Origin: a virus
Lineage: Duplodnaviria; Heunggongvirae; Uroviricota; Caudoviricetes
DNA length: 25,936 nucleotides
Direction: 5' to 3' (one strand)
Virus record (IMG/VR): IMGVR_UViG_2778261085_000012
Span: 1 to 25,936 of that record
The notes beneath the pieces are model-generated. The model made no database searches. It had not been told where the DNA came from and saw only the letters and a list, made by a program, of their open reading frames with translations. Shown piece after piece: positions 17,871 through 24,961 of the stretch. How positions within the stretch are numbered: the first letter of the stretch is position 1; every line of letters begins with the position of its first letter. The position numbers and the translations under genes were made by a program.

Positions 17871-20627
17871 GTTTCCACTGGTCAGGCCACCCCGCAGCAG
17901 GTCTGCTTTGCGGCGGGCGCGTTCAGTGGTTTCACTGATTCTCAGTGCGTGCTCTGCGTCGCGGATGGCGCGCAGCATGTCAGAAAGCACGGTAACGGGT
18001 GTTTTCATGGTGTTCTGGTCTTGCTGAAGTGTGGATGCCAGGCGTGCGGCGGCTTCGGGGTCTGATGCCCCCAGCTGTTCCAGATAGCTGGCGACCGGGT
18101 TATGGCGGATCTCCGTGCTGCTTACGCCGTGATTACGGCTCAGGCGCTGCCAGAGCTGCGTGATTCGGCTGTCCGGTCGGGTATCTGGTTTGCGTACAAT
18201 TTCAAATCCCTGCGGTGCAATGATGCTGCCGTCAACGTACAGACTGCCGCCCCGTAACAGGTGCAGCATCTGTTGTTCACCGATATGCAGGCCGAGAGAT
18301 TCGGCAGACTCCCGCCATTCTTTAGCGAGTAACTCGTGGTTATCAGGCAAAGGTCGCGGCTGTTTGCGGCTCTGTGTCCAGTTCTGCATTTCATCGCTGC
18401 TGTTTTTTGCCTGTTTGTCACGAAGCGAACGCATCAGCGCTCGGCGTTCGTGCCGTTTCAGTGAGCGCATCCATTCATTTACTTCAACGCCGTCAGGAAG
18501 CTGCGGCCACGGTGCTGGCCGTTCTTCCGGCTGTTCTGTTCCGTTGTTGCTCGTTTCCTGTACACGGGGACAGTTATTGCCACGAGTCCAAGGGGCGGCA
18601 GGGCCGCCCTGAAGGTCAAAACCATTTTCGCGGGCGCTGTCTTCCGTTTCCGGTTTACGTCTTACCAGTTTCCAGTTATCCGGATGCGTGCATACACGGG
18701 AGGATTCCCCGATGAGTGGTGACCAGATCCCGTAAATCTGTACGCTCTGTTCGCCGTAATCATTCAGCTCATCTGCGAGGTCGTAGGCGGTGCGAATCAG
18801 GTAGTCTTTGCGTGGAACAAGTACGCCGCCCTGTTTTTCAATGTAGGTGGCAAAACACCCGGCATCGGCGGCAGCGAGTACCGCATCCATTGCGTCATCT
18901 TTCAGTCGTTGCGGGCCTTCCGGGTTGCGTGCCATCTGGCTGGCAAGGCGGCGCAGTTCACGCCACACCTGACGGGAGGGGATGCCAAAGAACTGGAACT
19001 GGCGGACCCGATGAAGGCGCGCCCAGCCGATGGCGCGCTCCACACTCTCGGCCATTGATTTTCCGGTTTCGTGGTCAACGCGTGGCTTGCCCGTTTTCGG
19101 GTCGATGCCATCCACGGCGCGGCTGTCCAGGTTCTTTCCGATGTAGGTCGCGATATAGCTGGTTGGTGTGCCTTTTGAGCCGTCGACATACTCCGCCTTA
19201 AAGCGCGGAGTAATATCATTGCCCAGCTCGTGGCGGTCTTCCTGAATGGCAATATCGCGGGTGATGGCCACGATGCTGTCGATTTCTTCCGGATGAGCAA
19301 AGACCATCATATGCCAGTGCACGGTGCCGTCATGGTGAGGCTCCACCGTGCGGATGCCATACCAGCGCAGACCGTCGCGGTTCAGTTTTTTGCGGACTGC
19401 CGCAAAAAACGTGTTAACCAGGTAATCGCTGGAGTCGCGCATGGTGGCCCCGTTCCATTTGGGATTCGGATTACCGTTCTCTGTTGTGGCGTGGTATTTT
19501 GACGGGCAGGTGACAGTCAGAAACACCGCTCTGTCGCCACGGGCTTCGGCCAGAAGTTCCAGCCCCTTCATGGTGGCCATCATTTCTGCCTTACGGTGAA
19601 CCGGGTTACTTACTCCCGCGTAATACACTGTCTCGAGATCAATCGTGAACCCGTCTTCGTTTTCCAGCATGAAACTTTTCAGGAAATCGCGTGTTTTCTC
19701 GCGCTGCGCGCGAAACTCGCTTAATGCGTCCTGACTCAGATAGGGCGATGTTTTTCTGGAAACCAGACAGGCGGCGCGGAGTTGTTCTTCCCGCCACTCG
19801 CAACGTAACAGCCACAGTTTGCGTTTCCACCATTCCGCACAGGTCAGGCGAAGGATTGCACCCGGCAGCAGCTCCGTGTCCGGTTCGTTCCTCCGGTCTT
19901 TGTCTGTTGTCAGTGCGTCATAATGTGGAGGCATGGCGTGCAGGTGTAACGCCATGCGGGCCAGCATCTGATACGCCTTCAGCGTTACATCCATGGTCAG
20001 CTCGCCATCGGTCGCGCCAAAGCCATCGCAGAGTTTTTCGAAAGTGCTGCTGAACATCGCCGCCGTCATGGTGGCCAGCGTCTGTATCTGGTGTTTGTTG
20101 AGCTGCGGCAGGTAAAGCAAATCATCCAGGCGTTCGCGTCCGGCAAGGGAGCGATAACCCGGTGTCAGCCAGCGGTGGTCGGTGCGGTCCAGACGTTCGA
20201 ATATTTTGCGCAGGGTTCCGCGTGCATAGCGTTCCGCCTGCCAGCTCTTTTTGCCTTTCCGGCGATCGGCTTCCTGTTTTTTGCGCAGGAAGGAGAGGTG
20301 GCGAATAAGCGGATCGCGCAGATAGGACGGCAGCAGGCGCAGCGAGGCCATGGCTTCATCCACCGCGCCGCGTGCCTGTTTTCTGGCGTCTCCTGCCAGT
20401 GTGATGGTTTTGTCCTGTTTTTCCTGTGCGTCCAGGTTTTTATTAATCAGGTTGCCCAGCGGCGTGGCGGAGAACGCCGCATCAGCCATTTCCTGGCGGC
20501 GCTCGTTCTCTACCCGGTAGGCATCCAGCCAGGAGGAAAGCGCGGATTTAGGAGCGGGGATCCCCGTTCCTTCACGCCCCACTGCGTGGCGCGGTTGTTG
20601 CCAGTCCCTGATGTACTCTGCCGTCAT
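17805..20627 (-). CDS. A: replication initiation endonuclease A (rolling-circle, P2 gpA-like)
   Basis: 940 aa; conserved core ...LTVTCPSKYH...WYGIRTVEPHHDGTVHWHMMVF...YIATYIGKNLD...; longer than P2 A (about 760 aa as remembered). Confidence 0.9.
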   Translation of the reverse strand: MTAEYIRDWQQPRHAVGREGTGIPAPKSALSSWLDAYRVENERRQEMADAAFSATPLGNLINKNLDAQEKQDKTITLAGDARKQARGAVDEAMASLRLLPSYLRDPLIRHLSFLRKKQEADRRKGKKSWQAERYARGTLRKIFERLDRTDHRWLTPGYRSLAGRERLDDLLYLPQLNKHQIQTLATMTAAMFSSTFEKLCDGFGATDGELTMDVTLKAYQMLARMALHLHAMPPHYDALTTDKDRRNEPDTELLPGAILRLTCAEWWKRKLWLLRCEWREEQLRAACLVSRKTSPYLSQDALSEFRAQREKTRDFLKSFMLENEDGFTIDLETVYYAGVSNPVHRKAEMMATMKGLELLAEARGDRAVFLTVTCPSKYHATTENGNPNPKWNGATMRDSSDYLVNTFFAAVRKKLNRDGLRWYGIRTVEPHHDGTVHWHMMVFAHPEEIDSIVAITRDIAIQEDRHELGNDITPRFKAEYVDGSKGTPTSYIATYIGKNLDSRAVDGIDPKTGKPRVDHETGKSMAESVERAIGWARLHRVRQFQFFGIPSRQVWRELRRLASQMARNPEGPQRLKDDAMDAVLAAADAGCFATYIEKQGGVLVPRKDYLIRTAYDLADELNDYGEQSVQIYGIWSPLIGESSRVCTHPDNWKLVRRKPETEDSARENGFDLQGGPAAPWTRGNNCPRVQETSNNGTEQPEERPAPWPQLPDGVEVNEWMRSLKRHERRALMRSLRDKQAKNSSDEMQNWTQSRKQPRPLPDNHELLAKEWRESAESLGLHIGEQQMLHLLRGGSLYVDGSIIAPQGFEIVRKPDTRPDSRITQLWQRLSRNHGVSSTEIRHNPVASYLEQLGASDPEAAARLASTLQQDQNTMKTPVTVLSDMLRAIRDAEHALRISETTERARRKADLLRGGLTSGNKKQTETGFTNPVNEQKTRRDI

Positions 20628-20633
20628 AGTGAT

Positions 20634-20999
20634 TTACTTCGTCATGCCATTCAGGGTGTCGCGGCAGACTGTAGCCAGCCGCTGAATTTCCAGCACGGTG
20701 TCTTCTGTGTCGGTATGGCGATGTGTGATGCGGATGCTGTCGGCAATCACATCGACGATTGCAGAGGATGGGCGCTGGTAAATGCCAATAACGGACGGGG
20801 TGCCACCTTCAATGCGGTAAAGCCTGTAATTTCCCTCGTGGCTGTCAATCATGTAGCGACCATCAATAACAATCTTTCCGTCAGCGAGCTGCGGTACAGG
20901 CAGGGATTTCAGGTACATGTCATAACGATCACGCACGCGAGCGGCAAGATCACGCTCTGTGTTGAGCAGGTATTCAAGAAAGTCGTTGGCGAGAATCAT
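20634..20999 (-). CDS. hypothetical early protein (121 aa), coupled to A
   Basis: Stop 7 nt upstream of the A start codon, same strand; no recognisable family. Confidence 0.5.
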   Translation of the reverse strand: MILANDFLEYLLNTERDLAARVRDRYDMYLKSLPVPQLADGKIVIDGRYMIDSHEGNYRLYRIEGGTPSVIGIYQRPSSAIVDVIADSIRITHRHTDTEDTVLEIQRLATVCRDTLNGMTK

Positions 21000-21071
21000 T
21001 GCGGCAATCCTCTTGTTACAGATGTGCGAAGGCCTCCCGCCGCAAGGTGCAGGAAAGGCCCGGAACAGGAA

Positions 21072-21302
21072 TTAATGGAGTTTGTTTTGCTGCTGGATGA
21101 GCTGTTGAAGCTCGTGCAGATCATCCGCCAGATAGCTGAAAACAGAGGCGGAATAAATGTTTGATAGTGCGTGGCTGCGCTCATGCAACATATTGATGTG
21201 CATGATTTGCGCGACGCGTGTTGCGCGAAAAAGTCTGCGGTTGATTTCGCTGCGGATGTGAATACGCTCAGCGCGGGCGCGCTGTTGCATGCGGTTTGCC
21301 AT
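21072..21302 (-). CDS. hypothetical basic protein (76 aa)
   Basis: ORF downstream of the structured intergenic region, same strand as A; GAGG about 9 nt upstream of the start; overlaps long spurious ORFs, so uncertain. Confidence 0.3.
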   Translation of the reverse strand: MANRMQQRARAERIHIRSEINRRLFRATRVAQIMHINMLHERSHALSNIYSASVFSYLADDLHELQQLIQQQNKLH

Positions 21303-21486
21303 GACGTGGCCTCGTGTATAGTAAGTTTTGAAAACTCACCATCCAGAGTTGAGAATCTCGGGGTGGCGAGACGTACGGGGTTCTCAACACCGGCTACACA
21401 CGATCCCGGCCCGACCGAAGTCGGCCCCGTACGCCCCGCCATAATTCTGACGCGAAAAAGACGTGGCAATACAGTACGCACAAAAA

Positions 21487-21502
21487 AACCGCTGGCGCGG
21501 TT
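21487..21502 (-). terminator. candidate intrinsic terminator (minus strand) inside the early operon
   Basis: On the minus strand: AACCGC gcca GCGGTT followed by T7; short 6-bp GC-rich stem. Confidence 0.35.
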
Positions 21503-21599
21503 GTGCGCGTGTGTAGTCAGCGGGTTGAGAATCCCGGCACCCGTTTTATGAGGTGCAGCGGAAATGTAACCCGACTCAACGAGCGCTGGCAAGCGGTTT

Positions 21600-21627
21600 T
21601 TGTGTTGCGTGCTGAAGTATGTATAAT
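21600..21627 (+). promoter_or_regulatory. sigma70-type promoter for the antisense cargo gene
   Basis: TTGTGT - 16 nt - TATAAT, with TG immediately upstream of the -10; 60 nt upstream of the ATG at 21689. Confidence 0.55.
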
Positions 21628-21688
21628 CGCGGCGCAAAAATGGAATGCGCCGAAGGATAGCGGCGTTTATTAACAATGGAGGTTGTTT

Positions 21689-22156
21689 ATGCCTGTTGCT
21701 ATGGAGCAAGCAGACAAGAAGATTTTTTTCCATCTGTGGTACAGCTACTGGCTGGAAGAGATGGTTTTCATACTCAACAACAAGGCCGCTTTTGTGCTGC
21801 GCTCTGGAGCCTTGATTGCTGCGGTGTTGTCTTTTCTTCTGATTGAGTTCCCTGCCCTGATGAGTCTTTGCGGACTGGTGTTTTTTGGTTTTTCCTGGTT
21901 TTGCAGCAAGTGTGAATTCGTCGCCGAACTGGCGTGCTGGCAGAAACAGAGCTATCTGCGTCTGATTACGCAAAGGGATTTTATGACCACTGAACGCCTC
22001 ACTGAGCGCATTCTGCATCTGGAAGAAACGAACAGCGCATACATGAAAGCGATTGTCAGGCCCGCAAAAAACAAAGCGAGTGCATCTGTTGGGTTGTCTG
22101 CCAGCGAACATTTGCGTTACTCCGAAAGGTTAATTTGCTGGTTGTGCAGTTTCTGA
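21689..22156 (+). CDS. predicted membrane protein (155 aa) encoded antisense within the early operon (moron)
   Basis: Strong RBS GGAGG with 6-nt spacer; own promoter; hydrophobic stretch AFVLRSGALIAAVLSFLLIEFPALMSLCGLVFFGFSWF (about 2 TM helices); opposite orientation to all flanking early genes. Confidence 0.65.
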   Translation: MPVAMEQADKKIFFHLWYSYWLEEMVFILNNKAAFVLRSGALIAAVLSFLLIEFPALMSLCGLVFFGFSWFCSKCEFVAELACWQKQSYLRLITQRDFMTTERLTERILHLEETNSAYMKAIVRPAKNKASASVGLSASEHLRYSERLICWLCSF

Positions 22157-22221
22157 ACTGTGAAGAGCCTGTTGGCATCTCGGAAATGATGATGGATGTA
22201 ATTCCTGGTGGTTGATGGTGC

Positions 22222-22488
22222 TCATGCTCTGGCTTCCTTCAGTAGCTGGTTAAACATGTGAGTAAGTGGATTGCTACACCCGAACGGCATCGGGTTTACG
22301 TGGTAAGAAGCCTGGCCTCCTGTTTTGCGAGCGCGACCACCTGTGCTGCGGTTTGTTCTGATGACTAAGCCGCCGCGCCAAAGTTGGCGTAACTCAGCAT
22401 TAATGGCTGTGGTTGGAGTATTCAGTGCTGCGGCGATCTCTCCGCCGCTACACCCCGGATGAGTAGCGATGTAGTCCAGAATGGTCAT
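22222..22488 (-). CDS. winged-helix DNA-binding early protein (FaeA-like)
   Basis: 88 aa; TILDYIATHPGCSGGEIAAALNTPTTAINAELRQLWRGGLV resembles FaeA/PapI-like wHTH proteins. Confidence 0.55.
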   Translation of the reverse strand: MTILDYIATHPGCSGGEIAAALNTPTTAINAELRQLWRGGLVIRTNRSTGGRARKTGGQASYHVNPMPFGCSNPLTHMFNQLLKEARA

Positions 22489-22688
22489 CTACGTGGCTCC
22501 TGTACTTGTCGGATAAGATTCACCCGCGCCACGTTGGTGGCGCAGAAATAAGTGCCGTCAGTGAGGTAGATGTGGTGTGCATCCTTTTCCGAACGATGTT
22601 TGTCGATAGTGGTAATCAGGCGTTCGTCGACCTCGTATTCGCGCCCTCTGGAGGTAAAGCGAACGACGGAAAAATGCTTAATTGCCAT
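22485..22688 (-). CDS. hypothetical early protein (67 aa)
   Basis: Stop overlaps the next gene's start; same strand as the early operon. Confidence 0.5.
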   Translation of the reverse strand: MAIKHFSVVRFTSRGREYEVDERLITTIDKHRSEKDAHHIYLTDGTYFCATNVARVNLIRQVQEPRR

Positions 22689-22711
22689 TGCGCCCCTTTT
22701 GTCCAGTAACC

Positions 22712-23122
22712 CTATGCGTTAAATACGGCACGTTGCGCGTCATCAATGAATACAGCTTGAGAGCGTTCTATCAGGCGGAGATTTGTCAGAAGCGCTGATT
22801 CCCTTATGGGGTGAGGAGTGATCAGGTATTTGTTCTGTAATCCGGCGATAATGGTGTATCGCTGTGGCTCCGAGCCAATAGTGTAAATAAGGCGTCCGGT
22901 GTCAGATAAATCCAGTCCGGTGACTGGTTTAGTTTTGAGAAGCGCAAGTTCCACACCCTGTTCTTCGATGATTTTGGCAGCTTCTGCCGTGACTTTTGCG
23001 ACTATCATTGTGTGGGTTGCGACGTCCATGTGAGCATTGGCCACGGCTTTTTTCGCTACTTCGTTTTCTGTCTTTGAAATTTCTTTCAGTGCTCTGATGA
23101 TACCTTCTTCTTTTGCGTGCAT
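22712..23122 (-). CDS. hypothetical early protein (136 aa)
   Basis: ORF in the early operon, correct strand and spacing; family not recognised. Confidence 0.55.
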   Translation of the reverse strand: MHAKEEGIIRALKEISKTENEVAKKAVANAHMDVATHTMIVAKVTAEAAKIIEEQGVELALLKTKPVTGLDLSDTGRLIYTIGSEPQRYTIIAGLQNKYLITPHPIRESALLTNLRLIERSQAVFIDDAQRAVFNA

Positions 23123-23211
23123 TTTTGTATCTCCGTTATTTGCGTGTGCGAATACCTCCGTTAATACGGATGGTTTTCACGTTTTCTTATTTAATTTGAT
23201 GCTTTATTTGT

Positions 23212-23319
23212 ATCGTTATTCACCAGTGAAAAAGCGTTCAATCTTTTTTACTGAATGAATAATTCGCATAATCCCAATGGCGCAGGCCACCGAAATAATC
23301 AGAACAAGCCATGAGATAA
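23212..23319 (-). CDS. candidate 35-aa hydrophobic peptide (not in ORF track)
   Basis: Read by eye: MSIFISWLVLIISVACAIGIMRIIHSVKKIERFFTGE; single TM then basic tail; GGGG about 8-11 nt upstream; starts a few nt after the preceding gene's stop. Confidence 0.3.
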
Positions 23320-23325
23320 ATATAC

Positions 23326-23568
23326 TCATGCAATATTCCCCAGCTTATACGGTTCAATATGTTCCCCGCATTCTGCGGCACAGATCAGCTCGGAAAGTTC
23401 GTTAAGTGCATCCAGATCATCAGCGTAAAAAGCCACGTCATACAGACTCCGGATTGCCCTGGTCAATGAGTCACGGGCTGCACGTTCAGCATGAGCGCCT
23501 GATGCACTTAAGCGAAAATAAAAACGCTCAAGTGCTTTGTTAATGAGAGTTTTATATTCTTTGCCCAT
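23326..23568 (-). CDS. hypothetical early protein (80 aa)
   Basis: ORF in the early operon; acidic protein, no recognised family. Confidence 0.55.
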   Translation of the reverse strand: MGKEYKTLINKALERFYFRLSASGAHAERAARDSLTRAIRSLYDVAFYADDLDALNELSELICAAECGEHIEPYKLGNIA

Positions 23569-23579
23569 CGCAACGCCCT

Positions 23580-23867
23580 TTAATCTGCTTTCTGAATTTC
23601 AGTTTCTGAATCCATACAAATAATTTCGATATAGGGTTCATCGCCATTAGCCAGGCGTGCCTTTTCAGCTTCACTAATGATTTCTCGTACGGTCTGGTAC
23701 GGAAGTTCCACAAGCAGTCGCGTGCCGTTCAGATAAACGTAAGTGGCTTCGTCGGCTCCGTTTTTACCCGCCGGAGCCACTCCATCAATAGCGGATGCGC
23801 GTAATAACAGTTCACCGCGAAAATCAATAAAACGGATAAATACACCTTGTGCATGCTCTTTGGTCAT
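23580..23867 (-). CDS. hypothetical early protein (about 96 aa)
   Basis: Start taken at the internal MTKEHAQ, directly after the upstream gene's stop; track ORF extends to 23927. Confidence 0.55.
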   Translation of the reverse strand: MTKEHAQGVFIRFIDFRGELLLRASAIDGVAPAGKNGADEATYVYLNGTRLLVELPYQTVREIISEAEKARLANGDEPYIEIICMDSETEIQKAD

Positions 23868-23877
23868 AAAGCACCTG

Positions 23878-24216
23878 TTATAAATCAGCCCGTTTAATAA
23901 AACTTTGCCCGCGAAGCAGACGATCAACCGTGCGAAGTGCTTCGTATAATGTGAAATCCTGTCCGAAGTGATTGTCGCCGCAGCTCAATGCAAAAATGCG
24001 GTTTCCGGTAAACGGATTGCGTGGGCATTTGTGGACCACGATTCCAGCTTTCTCAATCAGCCAGGTATGCTCGCCGATTTGTTTTACAGCGTGGCCATCC
24101 GGTGTTGCGTGTGTTTCGCTCAGGCTGTAGCGGATGTTGCTGCGTGATGCGCTGGTAGCGAAACGGTTAGCTTGGCGTTCCGTTTCGGTGCGAAAATTAC
24201 GGCGTTGCTTCAGCAT
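23878..24216 (-). CDS. hypothetical early protein (112 aa)
   Basis: Second gene of the early operon; basic N-terminus; family not recognised. Confidence 0.55.
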   Translation of the reverse strand: MLKQRRNFRTETERQANRFATSASRSNIRYSLSETHATPDGHAVKQIGEHTWLIEKAGIVVHKCPRNPFTGNRIFALSCGDNHFGQDFTLYEALRTVDRLLRGQSFIKRADL

Positions 24217-24230
24217 AAAATGACACCTCG

Positions 24231-24509
24231 TTATTTTGTCATCTGCACGTATTTCTCTGCGTTTCTGATGGTTTTCAGGAAAATTGCGAAGAGATTTACT
24301 GTACGTTTTGAGTTTTTTTCTTCTTGGTTGATGGGAAGGGCTGCTCTGTCAGCCTGCCTTTTCACTGCATTAACAGTTTGATTGGTACGCTTCGCGTAAT
24401 CTTTCAGGCTTTCTTCGAGTACCGGTAATCCATGCTCATCGCGGTATGGGTAGAACGCCGCCAAACGCTCAAAATCCGCTTGCTCGTATGTGTTCAAGAG
24501 CTTTGTCAT
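24231..24509 (-). CDS. cox: Cox-like early regulator/excisionase (first gene of the early operon)
   Basis: 92 aa; position equals P2 cox; C-terminal half YAKRTNQTVNAVKRQADRAALPI fits the Cox-type HTH pattern (P2 Cox FAKLIGKSTGAVRRMIDKGKLPV). Confidence 0.55.
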   Translation of the reverse strand: MTKLLNTYEQADFERLAAFYPYRDEHGLPVLEESLKDYAKRTNQTVNAVKRQADRAALPINQEEKNSKRTVNLFAIFLKTIRNAEKYVQMTK

Positions 24510-24600
24510 GATGTGATAACCTGTTCAGTCTGTGGTTATTTGTTGCTAAAAGTCGTCTCTAGGCGACTTTTAGGGTTAATTTAGTCGTCTGGAGACCACC
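24510..24600. promoter_or_regulatory. immunity switch region with divergent promoters and operator repeats
   Basis: Direct repeats AGTCGTCT (about 24551 and 24583) plus inverted repeat AAAAGTCG...CGACTTTT between the divergent cox-like and C genes; RBS GGAG before the C start. Confidence 0.5.
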
Positions 24601-24912
24601 ATGTCAAGTGGGTACGAAAAAAAACTGAAAGAGATACGGAAAAGTGAAGGGTTAACTCAAGCTGAGTTTGCAGATGTTACTGGGATAAATCTCGGAACTA
24701 TAAAGAATTATGAGAGCGGTAAAAGAGAGGTTGGTTTAAGCGTTGTTGATCGCGTAATTAATTCTAAGGATTTCGAAAAATACACTATATGGCTTATGAC
24801 GGGAAAAACAAATGAGGCTGCTGGGCAGATCAGTCCCTCTCTCTCCCCTGATGGGCCAGAAAACACATCGTCTTTTCAAAAATCCCGCAAGACTGGTACA
24901 CAGCCCGGCTAA
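24601..24912 (+). CDS. C: immunity repressor, P2 C-type (HTH)
   Basis: 103 aa; LKEIRKSEGLTQAEFADVTGINLGTIKNYESGKR...KYTIWLMTGK parallels P2 C (VLMRKSEYLSRQQLADLTGVPYGTLSYYESG...KYTLWFMT). Confidence 0.85.
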   Translation: MSSGYEKKLKEIRKSEGLTQAEFADVTGINLGTIKNYESGKREVGLSVVDRVINSKDFEKYTIWLMTGKTNEAAGQISPSLSPDGPENTSSFQKSRKTGTQPG

Positions 24913-24961
24913 TCATGGAACGCTGGGGGCATGGTGGTCTTGTAACGCTGGGGTTTCACGA

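Noticed and set aside
21340-21540. Possible retron msr/msd non-coding RNA (inverted repeats, GC-rich stems)
   Set aside because: No reverse transcriptase gene is adjacent or anywhere in the window; the structure is better explained as an attenuator or regulator-binding region.
20996-22111. 371-aa minus-strand ORF and the overlapping 357-aa plus-strand ORF 20091..21164
   Set aside because: Low-complexity, Arg/Ser/Cys-rich translations; they overlap well-supported genes (A, the 121-aa ORF, the promoter-driven plus-strand gene) in other frames; typical shadow ORFs in GC-rich DNA.
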